The translations under genes and the position numbers were made by a program. This document shows positions 10,605 through 20,533 of a DNA stretch of 64,000 nt, in pieces; the first letter of the stretch is position 1; the number at the start of each line of letters is the position of its first letter. Below the pieces are notes generated by a model. That model searched no databases and was not told the DNA's origin. It was given only the letters and a program-made list of their open reading frames with translations. The stretch comes from a virus, in the IMG/VR virus record IMGVR_UViG_3300009104_000008, positions 1 to 64,000 of that record; one strand, given 5' to 3'.

Positions 10605-12604
10605 AATACACTCACCGCCGAACCTGTCCTATTCATCCTATTGTTTAGTTCTCTTGATAGTTTGTTTGCTATATCTTTGATTTCAGAATCAGAAGCCCCA
10701 ACTCTGCCTGTTACTGTGATATTATTTTGTATTGTAGTTCCACCAGATAACATCTTTTGACTATCAGCATTTGAATAAACTCTTGAACCTGCTGGTAATT
10801 TAACCAATTCTGGGCCTTTTTCCCCAACTAAAGATAATCCAGTTCTTGTAATACCACCGTCAGCATAAGGCCATATTTTTGCCATAACAGTGTCAGCAAT
10901 AATAGCAACTAATCCTAAAAATGCTCCAGCAATTAATAGAGGGAAACTATATATTCCGCCCACTATAATAGCAATTGCTGCGGCTATATACAATAAAGAA
11001 GTTACTCCCCTAGCAATACTTTCAGCCGCTGTATCACCCTGAGTAAATATTCCTTTTAGCGTTGCCCACATTCCTGCTAACAATCCAAATATTACCCCTA
11101 CAAAAACACCCCAAGCCACAGTTAATAGGCCAATTGCTATTTGTATTAATCCCCATATTACTGCAGTAAAATCTCCAGTCTTAAAACCATGAATAATATC
11201 ACTTAACCCTTCACTTATTAAGGCAAAACCAATTCCAATAATTTCACGAAATACTTCCCACACATTTAAAAATGCCTCAAAGCCTTCTTTTAATGGTGCT
11301 TCTATCATTTTAAATGCTCTATATAAGAAAAATAAACCTGTAATGATTAAAGTAAAGTATAACATGAATTTACCTACTACTTTAAATATCATTTTCATTC
11401 CCTTAAAAAAACCTGTAAACCCTTTCCAAAGGTTTGAAGGTGCATTTGCTAAGAAATCTCTAGTCATTTTTCCATATTGCATTAATCCTTTAGCAACATT
11501 CAATCTATTAAAAACACTGAAAAACTTATTCATTTTTTCTGTGGCATTAGGGAACATTTCTGTTCCACCCTCATTTTCAGGATATTCAGGTATTAATTTG
11601 CCCGTAACTAAACGGCTCTCTAAAAGTTTATTTCCCCATTTTCCATAGTCTTCCGTCTTATCCGTTATATCTTTAAGATGCTCCAATGCGGCATCAGTGA
11701 TATTTTCTGGCATTGCGCCAGCCTTTAATAGAATGTCTTTAAATTTACTAGGCCTATCTGGCTTTTCTGAATCATGCTTTGATATCTTTTTCTTAAGTTC
11801 TGTTATCTTTTTAGTTCTTTCCTCATCGGCCCAAAATTCTATACTCTCAATATCACCTTGACCTTCTAATATGGAAAGTTCATTTTTTAATTTGTCATTT
11901 TTCTTATTCCACTTATTAAGGTCTTCATTAACTACTAACATATCTTTTAAATATTTATGGCTAAGAGTAAAACCACCAGTTAATATAGTGGCTTGCATTA
12001 AAGAAGAGTTTTTAATTGCATCCTTTAACATGATAGCAGATTTATTTCCTGTTGTTCCACCAGCCACTAAAGTTCCCGCTTTCTCTGAAAGAAACTCCTG
12101 CATTTTAGCAATGGGGCTTCTTTCATCTGTTGCTGCGGCTATTATATCTTGTTGTATCTCTAGTTGTTTAGTTGTTTTTTCTGCAATACTGGCTAAAACC
12201 TTCTCTTTACTTCCTAATATTTCAACCATTGCATCAAAATGCTTAAAATTTTCTTTAATTGCATCAATATTATCTGCTTCTAATGCTGCTTGTAAATTTT
12301 GTAATTTTTGTCTATCATCAAGTGCTTTAGTTAGTGATTCAAACCTTTTTGCTTCTTGTAATGATTTCCTTTCAGTCCTATCTATTAACTGAACCATAGT
12401 CATTACAGTTGCTTTTGCTTTGTTTAATATTTTCCAAGCACCTGTTCCTGAAAGAAATCGACTAAGAATTTGATAATTTTTTCCTTCAACAAACTCATTC
12501 ATGCCCATTATTTCATTCTTCATTTTAAAGGCTTCTCTAGAACTGCGAGTAAATAGACGAGTAATATCGTCTAAATCTTCCTTCATTTCCTTTAAATCAG
12601 ACAT
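10601..12604 (-). CDS. Tail tape measure protein
   Basis: Helical N-terminus, long hydrophobic segment and typical YADGG...LVGEKGPELVKLPAGSRVYSN motif; follows the chaperone pair. Confidence 0.85.
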   Translation of the reverse strand: MSDLKEMKEDLDDITRLFTRSSREAFKMKNEIMGMNEFVEGKNYQILSRFLSGTGAWKILNKAKATVMTMVQLIDRTERKSLQEAKRFESLTKALDDRQKLQNLQAALEADNIDAIKENFKHFDAMVEILGSKEKVLASIAEKTTKQLEIQQDIIAAATDERSPIAKMQEFLSEKAGTLVAGGTTGNKSAIMLKDAIKNSSLMQATILTGGFTLSHKYLKDMLVVNEDLNKWNKKNDKLKNELSILEGQGDIESIEFWADEERTKKITELKKKISKHDSEKPDRPSKFKDILLKAGAMPENITDAALEHLKDITDKTEDYGKWGNKLLESRLVTGKLIPEYPENEGGTEMFPNATEKMNKFFSVFNRLNVAKGLMQYGKMTRDFLANAPSNLWKGFTGFFKGMKMIFKVVGKFMLYFTLIITGLFFLYRAFKMIEAPLKEGFEAFLNVWEVFREIIGIGFALISEGLSDIIHGFKTGDFTAVIWGLIQIAIGLLTVAWGVFVGVIFGLLAGMWATLKGIFTQGDTAAESIARGVTSLLYIAAAIAIIVGGIYSFPLLIAGAFLGLVAIIADTVMAKIWPYADGGITRTGLSLVGEKGPELVKLPAGSRVYSNADSQKMLSGGTTIQNNITVTGRVGASDSEIKDIANKLSRELNNRMNRTGSAVSVL

Positions 12605-12608
12605 ATTA

Positions 12609-12815
12609 TCACTTTCCTTTACGGGCTTTTTCTATTTCTTCTGACTCAATTTTCTTAACTTGACCGTGTATCTCTAACATTTCTTTAACCAAAGCAGAAG
12701 GTGTGTTATATACTTCTGCGGGATTTACATGAAATGTGCTAGCATAAGTATATACCATTATTTTAGAAGCGACAATGGGCGATACAGAACCGCCCTTTAA
12801 TGCCCTTCTAATCAA
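12609..12815 (-). CDS. Tail assembly chaperone, -1 frame extension (lambda gpT-like)
   Basis: Only a TTG start; lies in the -1 frame of the upstream gene just after a G GGA AAC slippery site. Confidence 0.75.
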   Translation of the reverse strand: MIRRALKGGSVSPIVASKIMVYTYASTFHVNPAEVYNTPSALVKEMLEIHGQVKKIESEEIEKARKGK

Positions 12816-13177
12816 TTTTCGTTTCCCAAATCATCCCCCATTAAATCGGTGAATGGGTTGGGTAATATTTCTTTAAGTTGCGCCCCAACATAGGGGCTAA
12901 GTCGTAGTAAATCTATCGCAGTCAAACTAGGCTCAGTTTTTTCTACGAAGTTTTCTACCATGAATTTATACATTTTGTTTAAATCTAGACCAACAGATTG
13001 GTTACTAGAATTAATATCCATAACAGATGAAAGTGCTTGTTCAACTTGTAACCAAGTTGGTTCTTTAACCCACACTTTCAAATATTCATCTGTATCAGGA
13101 GATACCCTCAACAGATGGCATTCAGTTTCTATATTTGCAAATAACTTATTCTTTTCGCTTACAATTTTCTTTTCCAT
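12812..13177 (-). CDS. Tail assembly chaperone (lambda gpG-like)
   Basis: Between tail tube and tape measure; likely ATG at 13177 (MEKKIV) after an AGGTGG RBS. Confidence 0.75.
   Translation of the reverse strand: MEKKIVSEKNKLFANIETECHLLRVSPDTDEYLKVWVKEPTWLQVEQALSSVMDINSSNQSVGLDLNKMYKFMVENFVEKTEPSLTAIDLLRLSPYVGAQLKEILPNPFTDLMGDDLGNEN
12821..12827 (-). promoter_or_regulatory. -1 programmed ribosomal frameshift heptamer GGGAAAC
   Basis: Minus strand TTG GGA AAC GAA AAT TGA is an in-frame X XXY YYZ site; slippage gives GGG AAA CGA AAA TTG ATT AGA, joining the next ORF. Confidence 0.8.
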
Positions 13178-13304
13178 TTTTCCACCTAACCTACATACTA
13201 ACAAACAAACAATGTTAGTGGAATATGATTCAATTCTACGCTTTTTCCCATACTTTAGACTACTTTTTTCACCCCTACGATTTCGTCAATGCCCTTAGAT
13301 TGGT

Positions 13305-13338
13305 GGAGGGGGGGTAGAATTGCAGCCATTCCCCCTCC
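13305..13338 (-). terminator. GC-rich hairpin after the tail tube gene
   Basis: GGAGGGGG...CCCCCUCC stem; no clear U-tract, so it may stabilise or process the mRNA rather than terminate. Confidence 0.5.
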
Positions 13339-13380
13339 CTAAAATAAATAATCTCCAATCAAATACTGTTTAGCCTATGT

Positions 13381-14907
13381 TTAGACCATTATGGCCCACT
13401 TACCCTTGTAAGAAGCAGCCCCTAGAGTTCTTGCTGACAAAGTGACCTCAAATTCAATCGGGCCTTTGTCATCTGGGAAGGGAACATTTACACTTTGAAC
13501 TACATAATCCTGTAAATTAATGGATATCTGTTCTCCGCCGTCTTTAGTGAACTCTAATAAGATTTGCTTATTAGCACCGCTACTTTCTGATGATTCTCCA
13601 TCTTGTCTTAATTCATCCCATAGTTTAGTATCGGTAGCCAATACTGTTAATGATAATTCGTAAGTCCTTTGTGCTGGTATATGAGCAGACATAACTTGCC
13701 TGTTATTATTGAGAACAAATCTCTGCTGAGTAATATTGTTATTAATAGTTAAAGACCCAGTTTTAACCCTTCCTAGTGTTTGGCCAAATAATTTAATCGC
13801 ACCATCCGAATACATAAATGGATAGTTGTCTGCAACGGTTGCACTATAGTTTTGTAAGTGTGTTCCTATGCCTACTGCTTGCGACCTTCTAGGGATATAA
13901 TCATTAGCACCCGCTGTTTCTACATCATATGCCCTACGAGTTACAAGGTCTAAAGAAGTCTTTAATTCTTGACCTTCTTCAAAGTTAAGAGTTAATGTAT
14001 TCACTTGACAACCTGTAAATATTCTAGCAAATCTAGTTTCATTAGGGTTGTTATTATCTACAGGAGTTGTAGCGGTAACACCAGATTTATCATACATTAC
14101 TTCTAAAGCAAATGATGGTAATGTATCTCCATTCAATTCGCCTATTGTATATGTGAGTAAATTATCTGAATCAGGAGCATATAAATATAAATTTTGGCCA
14201 GCAGTTGTATCATTTACCCCTGCACCATCAGTTGTTATGCTTTCTTGGAAAGGAAATTCATTACCTCCTAATACTCTAATTAATTTAGTATTTGTAGTAT
14301 TTAATAAAAATCCATTTGAGTCGGCTGCCCAGTCTGTTGTAGTTGCAGTTTCTTGTGCAATACTAGAAATATTCCCTAAAGCATAATATAACCAAGAACC
14401 GTTGTTTAATGAAATATCCATTGAACCGCCACTAACTGTTTCTGCACCCTTAAATTGGTGTGCAAAATTTCGTGTTCCAGAAACAGCCAAATTAAGTTGT
14501 TTCATTTCAACTTCAACATTTGGTGGGGTAAGTGTATTAACTAATCCTAACCAATTATCTGATAATAATTGCGGACTTGACCCGTTTTTAGGTGCTGGAA
14601 CAGGCGCACCAAAAGCATATATTATTACTTCCGCATCTGTATCTGCACCTGTTGCTATATTATCTGTAAATGTAAATGATGTTCTATCATTTGACTTTAC
14701 AGTTGTGTAAGTAGTAGTAGAACCACTTTCAACCTTTGCTCTACAACCTACATACAAATTATCTAATAATTGAATTAATGCTGTTTCATTTATTGTTACT
14801 TTATTCAAAGTATTCGCGTCTACTGTTCCGTCATTATAGAACATATCCATTTCCGGCACAAATGTTGCCGATGTTCCTGCTCCTACAAATATCTCATTAC
14901 TTACCAT
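13381..14907 (-). CDS. Major tail (tube) protein
   Basis: 508 aa; FTGCQVNTLTLNF and SLTINNNI...RTYELSLT tube-like motifs; position before the chaperones. Confidence 0.75.
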   Translation of the reverse strand: MVSNEIFVGAGTSATFVPEMDMFYNDGTVDANTLNKVTINETALIQLLDNLYVGCRAKVESGSTTTYTTVKSNDRTSFTFTDNIATGADTDAEVIIYAFGAPVPAPKNGSSPQLLSDNWLGLVNTLTPPNVEVEMKQLNLAVSGTRNFAHQFKGAETVSGGSMDISLNNGSWLYYALGNISSIAQETATTTDWAADSNGFLLNTTNTKLIRVLGGNEFPFQESITTDGAGVNDTTAGQNLYLYAPDSDNLLTYTIGELNGDTLPSFALEVMYDKSGVTATTPVDNNNPNETRFARIFTGCQVNTLTLNFEEGQELKTSLDLVTRRAYDVETAGANDYIPRRSQAVGIGTHLQNYSATVADNYPFMYSDGAIKLFGQTLGRVKTGSLTINNNITQQRFVLNNNRQVMSAHIPAQRTYELSLTVLATDTKLWDELRQDGESSESSGANKQILLEFTKDGGEQISINLQDYVVQSVNVPFPDDKGPIEFEVTLSARTLGAASYKGKWAIMV

Positions 14908-14922
14908 TTTTCTTCACCTTTT

Positions 14923-15438
14923 TTATGTGTTTCTTCCAAACCTTTTAAGTTCTACTGAGATTTTATACCCCAATAATTTTTTCTTTCTATCATTCGCTTC
15001 ACTTCTTCCTGTTAATTTAATTAGTTCTGCACTTTCTTCATTAGCAGTTCCAACATTAACAGTAGGCCGCAACGCGTTATCTTCGATAATGAATCTTGCT
15101 ATACGATATAAGGCTTGCAGTCGGTCGTGTGAAAATGTTAATTCGGTAAAGTCTCTTCGGTGTAAAACGCGTAAATGTAAAGTAAATGTAAAGGTTTCAT
15201 TGCGAACCGAATAGTCAATTGTTGGATATTCAGTCGAACTACTATCTTCAAAAACTACAATTATTGACTGTGAATCCATATCCACCCTTCGCCCCTCATT
15301 TGGAGCAATAGACCTTACATCAATAAATCGTGGAGTTTCAATATGAGAAGTTGTTATGTCGCCTCTTGTTTGCAGCGTAGAAGCAGCCGCCGACCAATTA
15401 TCACTCAATAACTCAATGATAAAACTTACTTCATCCAT
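14923..15438 (-). CDS. Putative tail terminator/completion protein
   Basis: 171 aa just upstream of tail tube; alpha/beta pattern; position-based. Confidence 0.5.
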   Translation of the reverse strand: MDEVSFIIELLSDNWSAAASTLQTRGDITTSHIETPRFIDVRSIAPNEGRRVDMDSQSIIVVFEDSSSTEYPTIDYSVRNETFTFTLHLRVLHRRDFTELTFSHDRLQALYRIARFIIEDNALRPTVNVGTANEESAELIKLTGRSEANDRKKKLLGYKISVELKRFGRNT

Positions 15439-15623
15439 GTTGATATTTCCTCCGCAATCTTTTTATCTAACTGTAATGTGAATCTATCCATTGCATTTTT
15501 GAAAACTTGTTCATCTGAAAAACTAATATCAAAACCTATTTCTGCTTGTATCTCTTTTAAGGTTTCATTTCTTTCCTTTTCATTTTCTAATAAACGCTTA
15601 AAATCTGCTATTAAATCCTTCAT
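15426..15623 (-). CDS. Hypothetical protein
   Basis: In operon, overlapping neighbour. Confidence 0.55.
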   Translation of the reverse strand: MKDLIADFKRLLENEKERNETLKEIQAEIGFDISFSDEQVFKNAMDRFTLQLDKKIAEEISTWMK

Positions 15624-15627
15624 AATA

Positions 15628-16698
15628 TCACAGGCTATAAATTGTTATCTTTTTACCTTCTAATATTTCTGTTGCTTCTTTAAGAAGAATATCATGTTTA
15701 GTCTTCAAATCAATATTTGACCCTGTTTCTGCAATTAATATAGAATTATCATCATGTCTTATAACCTCTGCTGCTACTAATTTTGTTGCAGCATCATGAA
15801 TAACACCCGGAACTCTTGCATCACCACTCATATAGGTTATTTTACATGAATGATTTTGAACATAAGGATAGTTCTTTAAAAAGAATATCTTACCTTCCGA
15901 GTCAATAGTCCAATAATCTCCTAATCTTCTTTGGTCTTGATTATCAGTAAAATTAGTAGTGCTTCCAGCGGTCTTTGCTATAGTGCAATCAGAACCATCT
16001 TCTCCCGGCAAAAGAGAAGAAATAATTACTTTAGTGCCATCATCTGTAGCGGTAGAGGCATAGAAGAAATCTGAGATATTTCTAGTTAAAGAACCGCTTG
16101 TGGCAGTTTTAGATTTAGCAGAAGTTTCCCCTGTAAACTGAGCAGTTTTCTTTGGGAATACTTCATTAATTGCCGCTACTATTTCTTGGGCTGTGGTTTT
16201 CTTCCCATAAGAACCATAGAAATCAGTTCCTTCTGTTAAAACAAAACTAAAATTCCCAACACCCAATGTTAAGGTATAACCAGAACCGCTTTCGGGTGGA
16301 ATATAAGATGCAGTGGCTGATGCTAAATCAACATAATTATTTCCTTGCCAAACTTCTAATCTAATTATTTTCATTACTTTTGGTCGCTCTAATTGAATAA
16401 ACCCAACATAATCTTTGTATGGTTGGACAGGATAATATGAATGTTTAAAGAATTCAAAGTTATGAAATTCATCTTTGTATATTAAAGGTCTAAATGGATG
16501 GCCTACTTTATCATCTATCTTATCTTCAACCCTTCTAATTATTTTACCAACATCTGCTAAAGAAGGAGTAGTAGTAGAAGAAAATGAACCAATTTGTAAT
16601 AAATCAGCAACATCTTCTGCTCTAGTATAATATCCATTACCTTGTGCATAATTTACATTTATTGTTGTAAAATCGCTTGGTGAGGATGCTTTAGTCAA
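15628..16698 (-). CDS. Head-tail adaptor (connector) protein with beta insertion
   Basis: YTRAEDVADLL...IIRRVEDKID and ITYMSG...VPGVIHDAATKLVA motifs typical of gp6/gp15-like adaptors. Confidence 0.7.
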   Translation of the reverse strand: MTKASSPSDFTTINVNYAQGNGYYTRAEDVADLLQIGSFSSTTTPSLADVGKIIRRVEDKIDDKVGHPFRPLIYKDEFHNFEFFKHSYYPVQPYKDYVGFIQLERPKVMKIIRLEVWQGNNYVDLASATASYIPPESGSGYTLTLGVGNFSFVLTEGTDFYGSYGKKTTAQEIVAAINEVFPKKTAQFTGETSAKSKTATSGSLTRNISDFFYASTATDDGTKVIISSLLPGEDGSDCTIAKTAGSTTNFTDNQDQRRLGDYWTIDSEGKIFFLKNYPYVQNHSCKITYMSGDARVPGVIHDAATKLVAAEVIRHDDNSILIAETGSNIDLKTKHDILLKEATEILEGKKITIYSL

Positions 16699-18166
16699 AT
16701 CTATTCACCATCCTTTCTAATGCTCTATAAGAAGACTTTAATCTTCCCATTGTTGATATGTCAGATAAACTAATTGATTTATCTTTAGAACCTTTTATCC
16801 TTTCTTTCTTTTCCTTTGTTCCGCTCAATCCAATTCCCTCTTGTGGGCTATCTAAAAATGTTCCTTTTGTTACAGAGAAATCAATTTCCCATTCATTAAT
16901 AAGACTAACAGTTGAAATTACAACTAAAGGAATAGCCTTTGGTAATACTTCTTTTATATCAGGCAAATCAACTAAAGTTTCGCCATGTTCTTCTGCTTCT
17001 GCTTCTAATTTAGCCCTATCCTTTTGTTGTTTAGGTGATTCGTATTCAAAAACTTCAACATTTTCAGGGTCTTTAGTTTCTAATCTTGCTCTTTTATATC
17101 CCATACTACTTAGCATATTAACAATACTTAAGTCTTTAATCCCTTTATCAGAATATAAATTATTATTGCCAAATTTCTTAGGGAGGCTGATTTTTATATG
17201 TATTTCTCCTACACCTAATTTGCCCCGCTTAGGAGTTAAGGCATTCGCTATTGCAGAACTTATCGGATTTAAAGATGAACCAATAATATTTAATTTTTGT
17301 GCATCTAAATTCGCTACTTTAGTTTGTATATCTTTTAAAGACTGTATTATTTCTAAAATATCATCTGACTCTTTATTTAGAAACATACCTTCAAAAATTA
17401 CTTTATTTTCTTCAACTCTAAGTTCTTGTATTGGCTGTTTTGCCTTTCCAAGATTAATAGTTTTATTACTTTTTTTAACTTTTCCAACTTTTAAGGTTGC
17501 TAAACTATCACTTCTTTGGGGAACTAATCTTTGTTGTTTAAATAAATTTAACATATAATCATTTGTATTGACAGTAATAAAACTAGCATCAGTTTTAGTA
17601 AACTTGATGTAGTTTTTTAAAGTGTCATATATGATAGGTTTACTGTTCAAAAACATATCTATAAAAGAACTCTCAGTTCTTTCTATGCTTTCTAAGTCAT
17701 ATTTTAATGCTTTATTGTATTTACCATTATTCAGTAAATCTATCACTCTAAAATTCTTAAGGTTATTTTCTAACTCGGCTGAAAATAATGCTGGCGCATT
17801 AAATAGTTCTCTTTTAGTTAAATCTGAATATAATTTTAATAATTGTTGTTCTTCAATAGTTTGTAAAAAATGATTAATATATTCTTTAAAATCATCAGAA
17901 TCATAGGCAGGTTCAAATTCAGAAACTTCTATTTCTGATTCTGTTGTGTCTAAGTTCTTATAATGACTTGGATTTAATAAGTCATAAACTTCATCATCTA
18001 CTTTAGATAACTTATTATCAAATTCATGAAAAAGATATGTCGCCATCAATTCATATACTAAATTTTCTATTAACCTAACATGATTTTGTTCAATCATTTG
18101 CGGGTCTAAGATTATTTCACCGTTTATTGGGCTGGTATCATCATCAATTAAGATTTTATCAACCAT
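16691..18166 (-). CDS. Hypothetical protein (491 aa)
   Basis: Long ORF in operon; no recognised motif. Confidence 0.7.
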   Translation of the reverse strand: MVDKILIDDDTSPINGEIILDPQMIEQNHVRLIENLVYELMATYLFHEFDNKLSKVDDEVYDLLNPSHYKNLDTTESEIEVSEFEPAYDSDDFKEYINHFLQTIEEQQLLKLYSDLTKRELFNAPALFSAELENNLKNFRVIDLLNNGKYNKALKYDLESIERTESSFIDMFLNSKPIIYDTLKNYIKFTKTDASFITVNTNDYMLNLFKQQRLVPQRSDSLATLKVGKVKKSNKTINLGKAKQPIQELRVEENKVIFEGMFLNKESDDILEIIQSLKDIQTKVANLDAQKLNIIGSSLNPISSAIANALTPKRGKLGVGEIHIKISLPKKFGNNNLYSDKGIKDLSIVNMLSSMGYKRARLETKDPENVEVFEYESPKQQKDRAKLEAEAEEHGETLVDLPDIKEVLPKAIPLVVISTVSLINEWEIDFSVTKGTFLDSPQEGIGLSGTKEKKERIKGSKDKSISLSDISTMGRLKSSYRALERMVNRFD

Positions 18167-18187
18167 ATAATAACCCCCATGTTATCA

Positions 18188-18874
18188 TCACGCCAGCCAT
18201 TTAGCCCATGCAATTCCTTTACTAATTGCCCCACCTAATCCTAATCCACTCTGGGGCGGTGTATATGTCATTTGGCCTGTAGCGGGGTCTACCCAATATG
18301 GATTGTTATATTGGTCATATCCACTTGGAGGAATAGGATATCCACTTCCATTATTCATAGCCATTTGTTGTTGCATCATTTGCTGATTCATTCCACCCAT
18401 AGCAGGTGCGCCTTGAATGTTTGCAGGGTTTACTCCTTGTGGTGCAGTTAATTGGCCTTGTGGTTGTTGCCCTGCTCCTACATTAAATCCTTGAGATGCT
18501 AAATATTGCTCTTTAGCCATTTTCCTTTGCATAACTACTTCTGAATTAATTGCAGTAGCCAATAGTGTTTGTAAATCTAATTGGATATTTTCAGCAGTTA
18601 TGCTTTCATATTCTCTTAATGCATCAGGATGCACTTCTAATTCACCAGTAGTATTTTGCACAAATTTTAGTTTAACTAACATTTTGCTTACTACTCTTTC
18701 TATTACATCTTCAAATAATTTTTCAAAGGATGTTAAGAATGCTTCACCATGATAATAAAAGAATTCTTCTACATGATTTTCTTGTAAAGTCAATAAATTA
18801 TTCATTGACTTAAATTGTTCTTGATTATTGGCTGTCATCTGTTTTGCTAATGCGTTGTTACTTGTTCCCCACAT
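18188..18874 (-). CDS. Hypothetical helical protein with Q/M/P/G-rich low-complexity region and amphipathic C-terminus
   Basis: NQQMMQQQMAM, PPSGYDQY, ends GAISKGIAWAKWLA. Confidence 0.7.
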   Translation of the reverse strand: MWGTSNNALAKQMTANNQEQFKSMNNLLTLQENHVEEFFYYHGEAFLTSFEKLFEDVIERVVSKMLVKLKFVQNTTGELEVHPDALREYESITAENIQLDLQTLLATAINSEVVMQRKMAKEQYLASQGFNVGAGQQPQGQLTAPQGVNPANIQGAPAMGGMNQQMMQQQMAMNNGSGYPIPPSGYDQYNNPYWVDPATGQMTYTPPQSGLGLGGAISKGIAWAKWLA

Positions 18875-18876
18875 AA

Positions 18877-19536
18877 TTATTCCTCCACTTCTATTATTTT
18901 AGTGCCATCTTGTAATAGAGTTTTAACTCTATCATTTAATGCATTTGATTCTATAATCAATCTAAATAGTTCTTCTTCTCTAGATTCTGATAATCCCGCA
19001 GGAGGCCTAATTGTCCAGCCTAAAGAGGATAAACTACTTATATCACCTTCTTTAAGAGAAGTTAATGGGCCTGTTGCTAATGGATTTAAACTTTTAGCAG
19101 ATGGAATATACGCACTAAAAGATAAGCCGTGTTCTTCTGCTAACATTTGTTGTTCTAACATTTCATATTGTCTATGAAGGTGGGCGTGTTTTTCACAATA
19201 AGTTCCTCTCATTGGATAGCCTTTTCTAACCTTATGTAATGGAATTGGTGGCCTCATTGGGTCGCCCCCATCCCATATCTTCTGTGAGCCACAAACCACA
19301 CATCTATCTTTTATATTAAATGCAAATTTATATGGAAATTTTAGAAATGTTTTCTTTTCTGGCATTAAAACCTTAATTATTTCTTTAAGTTGTTTTCTTG
19401 GTTTTAATGATTTAAATTCATATTTCATCACACTACCAGCGGCTCTGGCCATTTGTTTTGGTGGTAAAAAGGCACTTGGTTCTACATAAGCATTAGAAGC
19501 ACCAATTAAACTAGGGGGTTGAAAGTTCATACTCAT
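18877..19536 (-). CDS. Hypothetical protein with putative Zn-binding motif
   Basis: CVVC...YCEKH. Confidence 0.65.
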   Translation of the reverse strand: MSMNFQPPSLIGASNAYVEPSAFLPPKQMARAAGSVMKYEFKSLKPRKQLKEIIKVLMPEKKTFLKFPYKFAFNIKDRCVVCGSQKIWDGGDPMRPPIPLHKVRKGYPMRGTYCEKHAHLHRQYEMLEQQMLAEEHGLSFSAYIPSAKSLNPLATGPLTSLKEGDISSLSSLGWTIRPPAGLSESREEELFRLIIESNALNDRVKTLLQDGTKIIEVEE

Positions 19537-19601
19537 TCTTCATCACTCCAAATTTCCCATACTCCACCTGATGAGTTTTCAAATTCAAAATATTTCCACA
19601 T
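19533..19601 (-). CDS. 22-aa micro-ORF MWKYFEFENSSGGVWEIWSDEE
   Basis: Fills the gap after the GTPase; AGGTG RBS; ATGA overlap with the next gene. Confidence 0.45.
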   Translation of the reverse strand: MWKYFEFENSSGGVWEIWSDEE

Positions 19602-19609
19602 TTTAACAC

Positions 19610-20281
19610 CTAATAATCTTTAATCATGGTTAATATTCCTCTATATACCATTTCTGAATCTGATTTTGCACTTACTATATATTTGAAACACGGTATTCCT
19701 GCATCATTTAATTTAGACATTCCACTTTTAAAAGGCTCAAATATTGGGTGTTCTTTTATTTCTCCATTATGATTATATCTATCTTTCCATATATCATATT
19801 TATTTGCCCACACTCCTACTGCTAATGGATAATCATGTGTTTTCTTTTTATTCTTTTTATTATTTTTATCCCAATAAGGAGAAACTATTGTATCTACTAA
19901 AAATGTCCAGCATAATTGTTGCTCAATATCATAATGCTTATTCATGTGCCTATCATCAATCATAAAGATAACATATTTTACTTTTCTATCATGCATATCT
20001 TTGAGCCATTCAGTCCAATAAATTGTTTCTCCGCCAACATCTGCTGTTTTTATTGTTCTAGCATCTCCATCTAATTTAATTGATTTTCTAGTTGCTCTTT
20101 CCTTTCCAATTGTTCTATTTGTTATATCAGGAACTTCTCCTCTTGTTCTTAATTGATGGTGTAATGTTGTTTTTCCCACCTGTGTTGCGCCATATACTCC
20201 AAAAGGAATTGAATGAACTCTATTCCAAAGCCTCCCTAAACTTTCTGCTACTACAACAATAAAGCCAGCCATTAGTGACAT
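19610..20281 (-). CDS. Small GTPase, Arf/Ras superfamily-like
   Basis: G1 GATQVGKT, G2 RTIG, G3 DVGGE, G4 NKYD, G5 SAK; hydrophobic/amphipathic N-terminus. Confidence 0.85.
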   Translation of the reverse strand: MSLMAGFIVVVAESLGRLWNRVHSIPFGVYGATQVGKTTLHHQLRTRGEVPDITNRTIGKERATRKSIKLDGDARTIKTADVGGETIYWTEWLKDMHDRKVKYVIFMIDDRHMNKHYDIEQQLCWTFLVDTIVSPYWDKNNKKNKKKTHDYPLAVGVWANKYDIWKDRYNHNGEIKEHPIFEPFKSGMSKLNDAGIPCFKYIVSAKSDSEMVYRGILTMIKDY

Positions 20282-20299
20282 GATATACCTCCATTATAT

Positions 20300-20533
20300 T
20301 CACCACAAATGTGACCAGAAATTAACCAATCCTCCCCAAATAGAACCATATATGTTTACCCCGTAAAAAGGTAAAGCATGGCCTAAAAGGAAACTAGCAA
20401 TAGATGCTACAGTTCCCCAAATAAAGAACCTAGCGCGAAGAAACCATACATCAGCAGAATGAGCGCGTTGTAGGTCATATGCTAATGTTGATTCATCAAA
20501 TCCCATTAGTATTTCTGATACCATATACCTCAC
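20300..20533 (-). CDS. Small membrane protein
   Basis: Hydrophobic FFIWGTVASIASFLLGHAL plus aromatic amphipathic C-terminus. Confidence 0.65.
   Translation of the reverse strand: MRYMVSEILMGFDESTLAYDLQRAHSADVWFLRARFFIWGTVASIASFLLGHALPFYGVNIYGSIWGGLVNFWSHLW

Noticed and set aside
16758-17558. 266-aa plus-strand ORF, and the many other plus-strand ORFs in 1-44 kb
   Set aside because: Antisense shadows of minus-strand genes with S/F/L/I-rich composition and no RBS.
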